From the NCBI GenBank assembly GCA_963667465.2, contig CAXXDN010000002.1, forward strand, positions 288,001 to 352,000: DNA of 64,000 nt, written 5' to 3'. The position numbers were made by a program, and so were the translations under genes. Under the pieces are notes generated by a model. The model worked only from the letters and a program-made list of their open reading frames with translations. It searched no databases and was not told the origin of the DNA. Of the stretch, positions 28,889-38,422 are shown piece after piece; position 1 is the stretch's first letter; the number at the start of each line of letters is the position of its first letter. The stretch is from Dehalococcoidia bacterium. GTDB lineage: Bacteria > Chloroflexota > Dehalococcoidia > UBA2979.

Positions 28889-29542
28889 CTAGTTGAGCGC
28901 GCCCGGCTCGCTCCAGCGCCGCACCGCGCTGTCCGTCGAGCGCTGCCGCATCTGCTCGATCAGCGGCGCGAACATCGCCACCGCACGCTCCAGCCGGAGC
29001 GCGGGGTCGAGCATTTCGAGCAGCTCTTGCCGCTCATCCGCGTTACCCGCCCCGGTCGCGCCGATCGCATCGGCGAGCACGCCGGGAGGCCTGGTGACGG
29101 GTTCGGGGGAGCGAGGGCGCACGTAGCCGCCCTGCGAGCTGAAGCGCAGTCGCTCGAAGTCGTCGAGCAGCTCTTGCCCGCGCTCCAGCAGCTCCTGCGG
29201 CGCCTCCCCCGGCTGGTCCTCGATCTCCTCGACATCGGCCCAGAGGTAGGGACGGTCGTGGTGCAGCTCCAGGATGCGCACGCGCCGCTCGCCGCGCGCG
29301 AGCAGCTGGATCGCGTTCAGCACGCCCTGCGCGACCTGCTCGATGCGCGCGGTGGCGCCGACCATGAACGGGTCCGCGAAGCCGCCCACCTCGGGGCCCT
29401 CGCGGATCAGCGCGACCCCGAACGGCTGCTCCTGCTCCACGCACTCCTGCACCAGTTGCAGGTAGCGCGGCTCGAAGACGTTGAGCGGGAGCGGCATGCC
29501 CGGGAAGAGCACGGTGTGCAGCGGGAACAGGCGCAGCTCCAT
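28889..29542 (-). CDS. LON peptidase substrate-binding domain protein
   Basis: LFPLHTVLFPGMPLPLNVFEPRY, FGVALIREG. Confidence 0.9.
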   Translation of the reverse strand: MELRLFPLHTVLFPGMPLPLNVFEPRYLQLVQECVEQEQPFGVALIREGPEVGGFADPFMVGATARIEQVAQGVLNAIQLLARGERRVRILELHHDRPYLWADVEEIEDQPGEAPQELLERGQELLDDFERLRFSSQGGYVRPRSPEPVTRPPGVLADAIGATGAGNADERQELLEMLDPALRLERAVAMFAPLIEQMRQRSTDSAVRRWSEPGALN

Positions 29543-29628
29543 GCGCGGCCTCCTGCATGCTCGCGTACCTCAGCCTAGCGTACGCGAGACGCTATGATGC
29601 GGCTCCCGCACGCCGAAGGGAGGCGCCG

Positions 29629-30114
29629 GTGCCGAACCTGCGCGAACGCATCAGCCTGACCGACGAGGAGCTGCGCGAGTTCCTCGAGAGCGCCCACACG
29701 CTGCAGGTCGCCAGCATCGGTCCCGACGGCCGTCCGCACCTGGTGCCGATGTGGTTCTCCGTCGACGACGAGGGCTGCATCGTCTTCACCACCTACCGCT
29801 CCTCGCAGAAGGTGCGCAACATCGAGCGCGACCCGCGCGTCACACTGCTTGTCGAGGACGGCGTGGTCTACGACAAGCTGCGCGGCGTGATGATCGAGGG
29901 CGAGGCGGAGCTGCTCGACGATGTCGAGGTCACGCGCAACGTGATGCGCCTGATCGGCGTGAAGTACTACAGCGAGGGACCGGGCGGCGACTCGGCCCGC
30001 GCAGGCTCACAGGCGCGCCCCGACCGCCGCCGCGCCGTGCCGAAGCGCATCGTCGTGCGCATCCGGCCGGGCAAGGTCTCCTCGTGGGACCACACCAAGC
30101 TGCTGACGGACTAG
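29629..30114 (+). CDS. PPOX-class (probably F420-dependent) oxidoreductase
   Basis: DGRPHLVPMW, KVRNIERDPRV, SWDHTKL. Confidence 0.88.
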   Translation: MPNLRERISLTDEELREFLESAHTLQVASIGPDGRPHLVPMWFSVDDEGCIVFTTYRSSQKVRNIERDPRVTLLVEDGVVYDKLRGVMIEGEAELLDDVEVTRNVMRLIGVKYYSEGPGGDSARAGSQARPDRRRAVPKRIVVRIRPGKVSSWDHTKLLTD

Positions 30115-30144
30115 CCGGACTCTCCGGAAAGGGAAGGAGCGGCC

Positions 30145-31020
30145 ATGTCGAGGTTCGATCCCGCCGCGACGCTTGACGATGTACGCGAGGACGCGCGCGA
30201 GCTCCTGCGAGGCGCGATCGACGTGCATGTGCACGCCTCGCCCGACCCCTACGCCCAGCGCCGGATGGCCGCCGACGCGCTCGTTGCGCGGGCCGCCGAG
30301 GCGGGCATGGGCGGCATTGTCCTGAAGAGCCACGAGTACAACACCCAGCCGCTCGCCTGGCTGCTCGACCGCCAGCACAAGGAGATCCGCGTCTACGGCG
30401 GCATTGCGCTCGACCACTGCGTCGGCGGGCTCAACATCGAAGCCGTCAGCGTCGCGATGCGCATCGGCACGACGGTGGTGTGGATGCCGACCTTCGACGC
30501 GCAAGGCTGGCGCGATGAGCGCCCCGGCGGCCGCCACAGCCCCGGTCCCGGGATCACCATCCTCGACGAGATGGGCGACCTGCGTCACGAGGTGATGGCG
30601 ATCCTCGACCTGATCGGGGAGTACGACGCCGTACTCGCCACCGGCCACCTCTCCACGCCCGAAGTCGCCGTGCTGGGGCGCGAGTCGCGCCGTCGCGGGA
30701 TCCGCACGGTCGTCACGCACGGCTCCTTCTACATCGACCTCGCGGTGCAGCAGGAGCTGGCGGGCCTCGGCGCCTACGTGGAGCAGGTGGCGACAGCGAC
30801 CAGCCACGAGGACGGCGACGAGCAGTGGGAGCTGATCGAGTCCCAGGTCCGGGCCGTCGGCCCGGAGCGCGTCATCCTCTCGACCGACTTCGGCCAGGCC
30901 CGGAACCCCGAGCCGCCCGTCGGCTTCGGCCGCTGGATCGAGCACTTCCTCGACGCCGGCTACTCGGCCTCGGACGTCGGGCGCATGGTGCGGGAGAACC
31001 CGGCCGAGCTGATCGGGTAG
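30145..31020 (+). CDS. amidohydrolase-fold protein (DUF6282-like)
   Basis: GAIDVHVHASPD, LKSH, VWMPT, ATGH, STDFGQ, ENPA. Confidence 0.8.
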   Translation: MSRFDPAATLDDVREDARELLRGAIDVHVHASPDPYAQRRMAADALVARAAEAGMGGIVLKSHEYNTQPLAWLLDRQHKEIRVYGGIALDHCVGGLNIEAVSVAMRIGTTVVWMPTFDAQGWRDERPGGRHSPGPGITILDEMGDLRHEVMAILDLIGEYDAVLATGHLSTPEVAVLGRESRRRGIRTVVTHGSFYIDLAVQQELAGLGAYVEQVATATSHEDGDEQWELIESQVRAVGPERVILSTDFGQARNPEPPVGFGRWIEHFLDAGYSASDVGRMVRENPAELIG

Positions 31021-31048
31021 GGGGCTAGAGATCGGGTAGGGGGCTAGA
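31011..31048. repeat. 19-bp perfect tandem duplication
   Basis: GATCGGGTAGGGGGCTAGA x2, at the junction of two convergent genes. Confidence 0.85.
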
Positions 31049-31304
31049 GAGGGACGCGCAACCGCTCCTCGTAACGTTCGCGGGCGCGCTCCCACATCTC
31101 GCTGATGCCGAAAAAGTAGCGGCCGTGCGTCTCTAGCAGGTCGTCCTCGGACTCCGCACCGAGCAGGACGATCTCGTGCTCAGTCCCAAGGGCCGTGCCT
31201 TCGCGCTCCGAATACGCCACGAGGGCCTCGTCCAGGTCTTCGAACGTGGTGATGCTGACCAGCTTCTGCGTGGCGCGATTGTAGTCGAGCAGGAAGTGCT
31301 TCAT
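31044..31304 (-). CDS. small protein, putative antitoxin of the adjacent SAS
   Basis: ATGA-coupled to the SAS; HFLLDYNR...EIVLLGAESEDDLLETHGRYF. Confidence 0.7.
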   Translation of the reverse strand: MKHFLLDYNRATQKLVSITTFEDLDEALVAYSEREGTALGTEHEIVLLGAESEDDLLETHGRYFFGISEMWERARERYEERLRVPL

Positions 31305-32158
31305 GCATCAAGTCCTACAGCAATGACAAGAGCGGCGTCCAGGTGGCCCTCCGCCGAATCAAGCGCCTCTCGCACCCGCCCGATCGTTGGCTCCAGCGCG
31401 GCGAGCTGCTCCGGGTGCATTGACTCATCGATCATCGCGGACTCAATGAGGCGCAGCAAGTCGCTCGTGGCTTCTCTTGCTGTCCGGAGTGCCGAGTGGA
31501 ACTGGGCCAGCGATCCGATCGCGGACTTCGCACTCTCCGAGTTATCGGGATTCGCGCTCAGCGCCTCGCGCAGCCCATTGATGCGCTCTTCGGTCTTGTC
31601 GAAGTTCCCGAAGAATGTCGACACGGCGCCGAGGAGTTGGTTGATGCCGGGTGGACCGCCGCCGTACTTGATCTCAGGATCGAGTCGTTCCCCCAGCCTC
31701 TCGACTGCGTTAGCCCACTGTTCTTCCAGTTCCGTGCGCAGCTGTACCTCGACCGCCTTGCCCTGAGAGCGGATCACCACGTGCAGCGCGCGGTATCCGC
31801 CGCGCGGCTCGGCTTGATAATCGCGCTCGCGGACGATCTCAAGGTCTCGACGGATTAGTCCGAGGAGCTCGTGTTGCTCCCGCATTGTCGGCAGGACGAC
31901 ACGGCAGCCGGCGATGTCCTCGATGCGGGAGAGGTCGCTTGTCAGGCGGCGCAGCTTCTCAACGGTAGTCTCGAAGCGCTTGAGGCGGTAGGTGACAGGC
32001 GCGCCTCCAGCAAGTCCACGCAAGGCCGCAACGACTTCGCCCAGCGGCTGGCCGAATGTTGCACGGAATTCGTCGTAGATCTGGCGATCTGCTTCGCTTG
32101 GCGTTTGCGCCTGGCGCAAGCGTCTCCCCGCGCGGTTGATCTGACTGCGTGTCAACAT
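31301..32158 (-). CDS. RelA/SpoT-domain small alarmone synthetase (toxSAS/CapRel-like)
   Basis: SQINRAGRRL, RLKRFETTVEKLRR, EDIAGCRVV, GYRALHVV, EVQLRTELEEQWA. Confidence 0.88.
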   Translation of the reverse strand: MLTRSQINRAGRRLRQAQTPSEADRQIYDEFRATFGQPLGEVVAALRGLAGGAPVTYRLKRFETTVEKLRRLTSDLSRIEDIAGCRVVLPTMREQHELLGLIRRDLEIVRERDYQAEPRGGYRALHVVIRSQGKAVEVQLRTELEEQWANAVERLGERLDPEIKYGGGPPGINQLLGAVSTFFGNFDKTEERINGLREALSANPDNSESAKSAIGSLAQFHSALRTAREATSDLLRLIESAMIDESMHPEQLAALEPTIGRVREALDSAEGHLDAALVIAVGLDA

Positions 32159-32196
32159 GGCCAGACCAGCGTCGCACAAATCGAGGGTCGGGCGCG

Positions 32197-32817
32197 CTAC
32201 TCGCAGTAGCCGCCGTCGGCGAGCAGCGAGGCCTGGCGGAAGGCGAGGCTGATCAGCTCGTCCACCGGCAGGTTGCTGTCGGTGATCTCCGCGGCGCTCG
32301 TCGCCTCGGCGATGATCTCTTCCTGCTCCTCGAGCGCTGCCTCCAGGTCGCGGTAGGTCGTCAGCAACAGGCGGTGCAACTCCGCCGTCCGCTGCGGCGG
32401 ATCGATCGCCTCCAGGATGTTCGCGGCTCTGCTCACGGCGCTGTACTGCACGGGGAACATCGCCGCCGCGCGGTCCTTGCGTGCCTCCAGGTTCAGCTCG
32501 CCCGGATCCTGCGAGTCGCCGCTGGCGAGGAAGTCGACGGTGAAGGCGCTGGCCGCGGCGCAGACCTGGCGGCCCCACGCCGCCACTGCCTCCTCGGGGG
32601 TCAGCTCGTCGGGGGTCGCGGTCACGGTCGGCTGCGGGGTGGCGGTCGTCACGCCGGAGCCCGCGCCCGGCGGCGTCGCGGTCGCCTCGACCGGCTCCCC
32701 GGCCGGGCTGGTGCAGGCGAGTAGCAGCAGCGCCAGCAGCGCACCGGCGGCTCCGAGGAGCCACGCTGAGCGCCGCGCCCACCCTGCTGCTGCCTCGGTG
32801 CGTTGTGCTGTCGCCAT
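32197..32817 (-). CDS. putative lipoprotein
   Basis: Lipobox LLAC followed by a Thr/Pro-rich linker. Confidence 0.7.
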   Translation of the reverse strand: MATAQRTEAAAGWARRSAWLLGAAGALLALLLLACTSPAGEPVEATATPPGAGSGVTTATPQPTVTATPDELTPEEAVAAWGRQVCAAASAFTVDFLASGDSQDPGELNLEARKDRAAAMFPVQYSAVSRAANILEAIDPPQRTAELHRLLLTTYRDLEAALEEQEEIIAEATSAAEITDSNLPVDELISLAFRQASLLADGGYCE

Positions 32818-32947
32818 GCGACCTCCGGGACGCGCCGCCGCCGCGGACTCCCCGGCGAGGGGGCGCGAGCGCCGCGCTTCTGGGATCATTCTATCGAGGC
32901 CTTCGCGGCTGGCGGGCAGTGCGGCCGATCTCTGGAGGGAGAGCGCC

Positions 32948-34162
32948 ATGGCGGATATACAGGTCTACGGAGCGCCGTGGTGCCCGGATTGCCGGCGCTC
33001 CAAGAAGTTCCTGGGCGAGCACCGCGTCGAGTACGACTGGATCGACATCGACACGGACGCCGCCGGCCTGCGCTTCGTCGAGGAGTTGCAGAACGGCGGA
33101 CGGACGATCCCGACGATCAGCTTCCCGGACGGCAGTTCCCTGCTGGAGCCCTCGAACGAGGAGCTCGCCCGCAAGCTCGGCCTCAACATCGAGGCCGAGC
33201 GCGCCTTCTACGACCTCGCGATCATCGGGGGCGGTCCGGCCGGACTCGCGGCGGGCATCTACGCGGCTCGCGAGGGCATCGACGCGATCATCGTCGACGG
33301 CGGCTCGCTCGGCGGGCAGGCCGGCGTGACCGAGCGCGTCGACAACTACCCCGGCTTCCCGGACGGCATCGAGGGCGGCGAGCTGGCCGACCGCTTCGTG
33401 CGGCAGGCCCGGCGCTACGGCGTCGAGCTGCTGGAGGCGGTGTCCGTCAGCAACCTGCACGCCGACGAGCAGGAGGGCGACGTCTCGCTGACGCTCAGCT
33501 CCGGGCAGGCGATCAGCGCCCACGCCACGCTGATCGCCACGGGCTCCTCGTACCGCCGCCTCGAGGTTCCCGGCGAGGACGGGCTGATCGGCGCGGGCGT
33601 GCACTTCTGCGCGACCTGCGACGGGCCGTTCTACCGCGGCTCGGAGGAGCTGCTGGTGATCGGCGGCGGGAACTCCGGCCTCGAGGAGGGGCTGTTTCTC
33701 ACGAATTTCGCCGAGCGTGTGCGCATCCTGGAGCGCAACCCGGAGCTCAAGGGCTCGCAGCTGTTGCAGGACAAGGTGCGCGGCCACCCCGCCATCGAGG
33801 TCCACACGAACACCGCGGTGGTCGAGCTCCTCGGGCGGGGCGGCCGCCTGCAGGAGGTCCGCGCGCGCAACAGCGAGAGTGGCGCGGATCTGGTCTGGCA
33901 GCCGTCCGGCGTCTTCGTCTTCATCGGGCTGACACCGAACACGGAGTTCCTGCGGGGGGCCGTGGAGCTGGACGAGTGGGGCTTCGTCGCCTCCGAGGGC
34001 TTCGCGACCTCGCTCGAGGGCGTCTTCGTGGCCGGCGACGTGCGGGCCGGCTCCACGAAGCAGCTCGGATCGGCGACCGGTGACGGCATCGCCGCGCTGC
34101 TGGCGGTTCGCGAGTACCTCGGTCAGCACGGGCACATGCTGGAGGCGGCTCGCCCGGCGTAG
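32948..34162 (+). CDS. trxB: glutaredoxin-like domain fused to thioredoxin reductase
   Basis: N-terminal WCPDC...TIP; GGGPAG, CATCDG, GGGNSG, FVAGDVR. Confidence 0.9.
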   Translation: MADIQVYGAPWCPDCRRSKKFLGEHRVEYDWIDIDTDAAGLRFVEELQNGGRTIPTISFPDGSSLLEPSNEELARKLGLNIEAERAFYDLAIIGGGPAGLAAGIYAAREGIDAIIVDGGSLGGQAGVTERVDNYPGFPDGIEGGELADRFVRQARRYGVELLEAVSVSNLHADEQEGDVSLTLSSGQAISAHATLIATGSSYRRLEVPGEDGLIGAGVHFCATCDGPFYRGSEELLVIGGGNSGLEEGLFLTNFAERVRILERNPELKGSQLLQDKVRGHPAIEVHTNTAVVELLGRGGRLQEVRARNSESGADLVWQPSGVFVFIGLTPNTEFLRGAVELDEWGFVASEGFATSLEGVFVAGDVRAGSTKQLGSATGDGIAALLAVREYLGQHGHMLEAARPA

Positions 34163-34197
34163 CGAGGCCCAGCCCAGGGGCGCGGCTGGGACTACGC

Positions 34198-34268
34198 GTA
34201 ACCGGTCCGTAACGCGCGAGAAACCATTCCGTTATCCACATTTCACAGTGGCGACACTGTGACGAAAC
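34198..34268 (+). promoter_or_regulatory. GlnR-box-like direct-repeat array upstream of amtB
   Basis: Pentamers every 11 bp: GTAAC, GTAAC, GAAAC, GTTAT, TTCAC, GACAC, GAAAC. Confidence 0.65.
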
Positions 34269-34307
34269 GGCGCAGTCCTACCTTTCATCGGAGGGAAGGG
34301 GGCGTCT

Positions 34308-35807
34308 ATGAGGATGCGCCATCGAACCGTCGTCGCTGCGGCGGTCGGAGCAATGGCGGCGTTTGCCGCCGGAACCGGGTTCGCGAATGCCCAGGAGGTG
34401 GGCGACGCCATTGACGATCTGACGTCCGCGATTGATATCGCGTGGCTGCTGATCGCCGGCATTCTGGTGTTGTTCATGCAGGCCGGCTTCGGTCTGGTCG
34501 AGTCGGGGTTCATCCGCTCGAAGAACGTCACCAACATCCTGATGAAGAACGCGCTGGACCTTTCGTTCGGCGCGATCGCCTATTGGGCGGTCGGCTGGGG
34601 CCTGGCCTACGGCACCACCGAGTTCATCGACATCAGGTTCTTCGGCGGCGGGAGCTTCTTCTACGGCGGAGAAGACGCGGACTACGCCGGGTTCTTCTTC
34701 CAGTTCGCCTTCGCGGCCACGGCCGCGACGATCGTGTCGGGCGCCGTCGCCGAACGCACCAAGTTCGCGGCGTACCTGGTCTACACGGTCGTGATCACGG
34801 CCGTGATCTACCCCGTGGTTACGCACTGGGCGTGGGGTGACGGCTTCCTGAGCGCGTACGCCTCGGACATCCAGTTCGGCGATAACGGGATGATCGACTT
34901 CGCCGGCTCCACCGTCGTCCACTCGGTCGGCGGCTGGGCAGCGCTGGTAGGCGCGATCATGGTCGGCGCCCGCCGCGGCAAGTACAGCGCGGATGGCAGC
35001 GTCAATCCGTTGCCCGGTCACTCGATGCCGCTCGGCTTCCTTGGAGTGATGATCCTCTGGATCGGCTGGTACGGCTTCAACGCCGGCTCGACCCTCGGGC
35101 TGAGCGGTGGCTTCGCCGACCTCGCCGCGCGCGTCGCCGTGACGACGACGCTCGCCGCCGGGGCCAGCGCCGCGACGGCGATGGTCATCTCGAGGCTGCG
35201 CACCGGCAGGTCGGACCTCTCGCTGACGCTCAACGGCGTGCTGGGCGGTCTGGTCGGCATCACGGCCGGCTGCGCCACGGTCGAACCGTGGGCGGCGGTC
35301 GTGATCGGCATCGTCGCGGGTGTGGTCATTGTCTTCGGCGTCGAGCTGCTCGACAACCTGAAGATCGACGACCCCGTGGGCGCGGTGCCGGTGCACCTCT
35401 TCAACGGCATCTGGGGGACACTCGCGGTCGGTCTCTTTACCACGCAGACCAACCTCGCGCCGAACTACGCCGACTCCAGCAGCTACGGTCTGCTCGTCGG
35501 GGGCGGTGTCGATCAGTTGCTCTTCCAGGCAATCGGCGTGATCGCCGTGGGCGTCTGGACCGTGGTGGCCTCGGTGATCATGTTCACGATCATCAAGCAC
35601 ACGGTCGGCCTGCGCGTCTCCGAAGCCGAGGAGGAGAGCGGCCTGGACGTCGCCGAGCACGCGATGGAGGCCTATCCCGAGTTCACCGGCGGCAGGGATC
35701 CGTTCGGAGCCCACTTCGGTGGGGCGGCCCTGTCCACCAGCTCGGGCGCTCCGATCGCGGGCGGTGCGCCCGAGGCAGACGAGGAGGCGACTCGTGCAGA
35801 GAGTTGA
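34308..35807 (+). CDS. amtB: ammonium transporter
   Basis: FMQAGF, FQFAFA, SGAVAER, DFAGSTVVH, GWYGFN, IDDPVGAVPVH. Confidence 0.97.
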   Translation: MRMRHRTVVAAAVGAMAAFAAGTGFANAQEVGDAIDDLTSAIDIAWLLIAGILVLFMQAGFGLVESGFIRSKNVTNILMKNALDLSFGAIAYWAVGWGLAYGTTEFIDIRFFGGGSFFYGGEDADYAGFFFQFAFAATAATIVSGAVAERTKFAAYLVYTVVITAVIYPVVTHWAWGDGFLSAYASDIQFGDNGMIDFAGSTVVHSVGGWAALVGAIMVGARRGKYSADGSVNPLPGHSMPLGFLGVMILWIGWYGFNAGSTLGLSGGFADLAARVAVTTTLAAGASAATAMVISRLRTGRSDLSLTLNGVLGGLVGITAGCATVEPWAAVVIGIVAGVVIVFGVELLDNLKIDDPVGAVPVHLFNGIWGTLAVGLFTTQTNLAPNYADSSSYGLLVGGGVDQLLFQAIGVIAVGVWTVVASVIMFTIIKHTVGLRVSEAEEESGLDVAEHAMEAYPEFTGGRDPFGAHFGGAALSTSSGAPIAGGAPEADEEATRAES

Positions 35808-36132
35808 GGCGATCATTCGCCCCGAGAAGCTTGACGTGGTCAAGACGGCGCTCGAGGACCTCGACCACGCCGGCATGACGCTGACGGAGGTGCGCGGCCA
35901 CGGCACTCAGCGTGGCGTGACCGAGCAGTGGCGAGGCCGCACCTTCGCGGTCGAGTACCTGACGAAGGTCAAGATCGAGCTCGTCGTCAACGACGAGGAC
36001 GTGGACGCGATTGTCGAGCGCATCGTGGACGCGGCCCGCACCGGGCAGGTCGGGGACGGCAAGATCTTCGTCAGCCCGGTGAGTAGCGCGGTGCGGATCC
36101 GCACCGGAGAAGCGGACAACGCTGCGCTCTAG
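35794..36132 (+). CDS. glnK: PII nitrogen regulatory protein
   Basis: EAIIRPEKL, KVKIE, TGQVGDGKIFV, RIRTGE; downstream of amtB. Confidence 0.93.
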   Translation: MQRVEAIIRPEKLDVVKTALEDLDHAGMTLTEVRGHGTQRGVTEQWRGRTFAVEYLTKVKIELVVNDEDVDAIVERIVDAARTGQVGDGKIFVSPVSSAVRIRTGEADNAAL

Positions 36133-36238
36133 GAACATCCTGTTCCCGGCGCAGAGCGCAGCGGTCTGACGCCGGCCCTGGAGGCGTCCTCCCCTCGCGG
36201 GAGGCGCCTCCGGGGCCCGGCGGCAACGGCCAGGCGGA

Positions 36239-36589
36239 ATGATGACCAGCAACCTCATCGGTAGTCCACCCGCAGACGGCGCTCCCGAGGCGCGCATCAC
36301 GGTCGGCGACCTGGTCGTGGACCGCGAGCGCTTCCGGGTCACCGTGGCGGACGAACCCGCCCCGCTTACCTACATGGAGTTCGAGACCCTCTACGTCATC
36401 GCCGGGGGCGGTGGCCGCGTGGTCGGCTACGACCAGATCGCCGAGGCGCTGTGGGGCGCGGCCGGCGACGACCACCGAGCTCGCCTCGCCGTGCTGGTCT
36501 CACGCATCCGCTCGAAGATCGGCCCCGCCGCGCGCTACCTGCAGACCGTCCGCCAGGTCGGCTACCGGCTCACACCCGCCCCGGCCTGA
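36239..36589 (+). CDS. stand-alone OmpR/PhoB-type winged-helix DNA-binding protein
   Basis: LTYMEFETL, LWG, VLVSRIRSKI, LQTVRQVGYRL; no receiver domain. Confidence 0.85.
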   Translation: MMTSNLIGSPPADGAPEARITVGDLVVDRERFRVTVADEPAPLTYMEFETLYVIAGGGGRVVGYDQIAEALWGAAGDDHRARLAVLVSRIRSKIGPAARYLQTVRQVGYRLTPAPA

Positions 36590-36624
36590 TTCGCGCCCCG
36601 GCCTGATTCGCACCGTACGGCTCC

Positions 36625-37056
36625 CTACGCGAGCACCGCCTCGATCTGCGCGATGTGCTCCTCGCGGTGGGGCCAGCGGCGGAACGTGTACTCCTGCCCC
36701 GCCTCGCGCAGCGCAGCGCGCTGCTCTGCCGAGAGGCCCTGCGAGGTCGCGTCGAGCCGTGCGGCCGCCTCGACGGCCGCACGGCCGGCCGCTGCCGGGT
36801 CGAACAGTGCCGCGATCGCTTCGAGCGTCTGATTGACTGTCTCGTCCTCGGACGGAATGGCCTCGCCCAGCGCGTGGCCGCGCAACGCGACCGCCTGGCG
36901 GGCGTCCCAGAAGGCGAGGTGGACGAGCGCGAAGGCCACCGTCCAGCCGCCACCGAGCGAGCGATCGAGGTCGGCGCTGCCAAGGCGGGCGACGAGGTCG
37001 CCCAGGCGCGTGGTCGCCTCGGCGTTGCGTTGCAGGTCGGTGTCGTGGTCGCTCAT
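36625..37056 (-). CDS. DinB/maleylpyruvate isomerase-like protein
   Basis: GWTVAFALVHLAFWD, HREEHIAQI. Confidence 0.75.
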   Translation of the reverse strand: MSDHDTDLQRNAEATTRLGDLVARLGSADLDRSLGGGWTVAFALVHLAFWDARQAVALRGHALGEAIPSEDETVNQTLEAIAALFDPAAAGRAAVEAAARLDATSQGLSAEQRAALREAGQEYTFRRWPHREEHIAQIEAVLA

Positions 37057-37183
37057 CTTGCCTCCGCCGGGTCATTGTCCCGGTGGTGTGTCCATGCGGC
37101 CAGCGCGTCCGGCTCGATGCTTTGCGCCGGGGCGGCTAGCATGGCGCCCACCAAGCCGCCGCCGAGTTGATGACGGAGCCGCT

Positions 37184-38341
37184 ATGCCGCGCAAGGATCT
37201 GCATGACGTCGTGATCGTCGGCGCGTACAACACGGTGCAGTCGCGCTATCTCAAGGAGCACAGCTCCTTCTCGATCACCCTCGATGCGGTGAAGGGCGCG
37301 ATTGCCGACGCCGGCCTCCAGGTCTCCGACATCGACGGGGTCAACGTCAGCACCGGCACCGGTCACGGAGGCGGGCAGCGCCAGTGGGTGCACCAGCTCG
37401 GAGGCCGGCCAACCTGGGTCGGCGTCGCGAACATGGGCATCCCCGCCGTGCTTCAGGCAGCTGCCGCCATCGCCGCCGGGTACGCCAACACCGTGGTCGT
37501 CGGCAACGGCCAGGCCGGGGCTTACACGGAGCGCGCCTCGACGGCGCCGTGGACGCGTCCCTCCAACGAGTTCGTCGAGTGCTTCGGCCTCTACACCGCC
37601 GCCGAGTTCGCGCTGATCGCGCAGCGCCACATGCACATGTACGACACGGAGCCCGAGCACCTCGCCGAGGTCGCCTCGGCGATCCGCACGCACGGCGGGA
37701 TGAACCCGGACGCGGTCTACACCGGGCGGGTCATCACCCCCGACGACGTGCTCAACTCGGCAATGATCGCCGACCCTTTCCACCTGCTGGACTGCGCGAT
37801 GACCAGCGAGGGCGGCGCCGCCATGGTGCTCACCACCGCCGAGCGCGCGCGCGACCTCGATGTCACGCCGATCCACATCCTTGGCGGTGGCCTGGACGGG
37901 CGGGGGCAGGCCTACGTCGCGGGGCCGCTCTGGCACGTCACGGGCGATGTCGGTTCGTTCTCCTCGCGGCAGGCGTTCGAGGCCTGCGGCCTCGGTCCGT
38001 CCGACATCGACGTGTGCGAGTTCTACGACCCGTTCTCGTTCGAGATCATCCGCCAGTTCGAGGCCTTCGGGTTCTGCGAGGTCGGCGAGGGCGGCCCGTT
38101 CGTAATGGACGGCCGCATCCGCGTCGGCGGCGAGTTCCCCGTCTGCACCGACGGCGGCACGATGTCGTTTGCCCACCCCGGCACTGCCCAGTTGCTGCAG
38201 AAGGTGATCTCCGGCACGAAGCAGCTGCGCGGCGAGGCCGGCAACCGCCAGGTCGAGGGCGCCGAGGTCGCGATGTGCACGAACGGCGGCGCGGGCGCGC
38301 TCTTCACCGACGTGGTCCTGCTCGGCCGGGAGGCGCCGTAG
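37184..38341 (+). CDS. thiolase-superfamily protein (SCP-x-like)
   Basis: FHLLDC, EFYDPFS, TDGGTMSFAH, QLRGEAGNRQV. Confidence 0.9.
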   Translation: MPRKDLHDVVIVGAYNTVQSRYLKEHSSFSITLDAVKGAIADAGLQVSDIDGVNVSTGTGHGGGQRQWVHQLGGRPTWVGVANMGIPAVLQAAAAIAAGYANTVVVGNGQAGAYTERASTAPWTRPSNEFVECFGLYTAAEFALIAQRHMHMYDTEPEHLAEVASAIRTHGGMNPDAVYTGRVITPDDVLNSAMIADPFHLLDCAMTSEGGAAMVLTTAERARDLDVTPIHILGGGLDGRGQAYVAGPLWHVTGDVGSFSSRQAFEACGLGPSDIDVCEFYDPFSFEIIRQFEAFGFCEVGEGGPFVMDGRIRVGGEFPVCTDGGTMSFAHPGTAQLLQKVISGTKQLRGEAGNRQVEGAEVAMCTNGGAGALFTDVVLLGREAP

Positions 38342-38422
38342 CCGCCTCCCGCTCGCATCCCGGCGGCGATTGCGCGATCATCGATAGAGCGATCACGCGC
38401 ACCTGCCGCGAGGGGAGCGAAC

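Noticed and set aside
34232-34240. Perfect DnaA box TTATCCACA
   Set aside because: Single box inside the amtB promoter array; no box cluster, AT-rich unwinding element or dnaA nearby, so not called oriC
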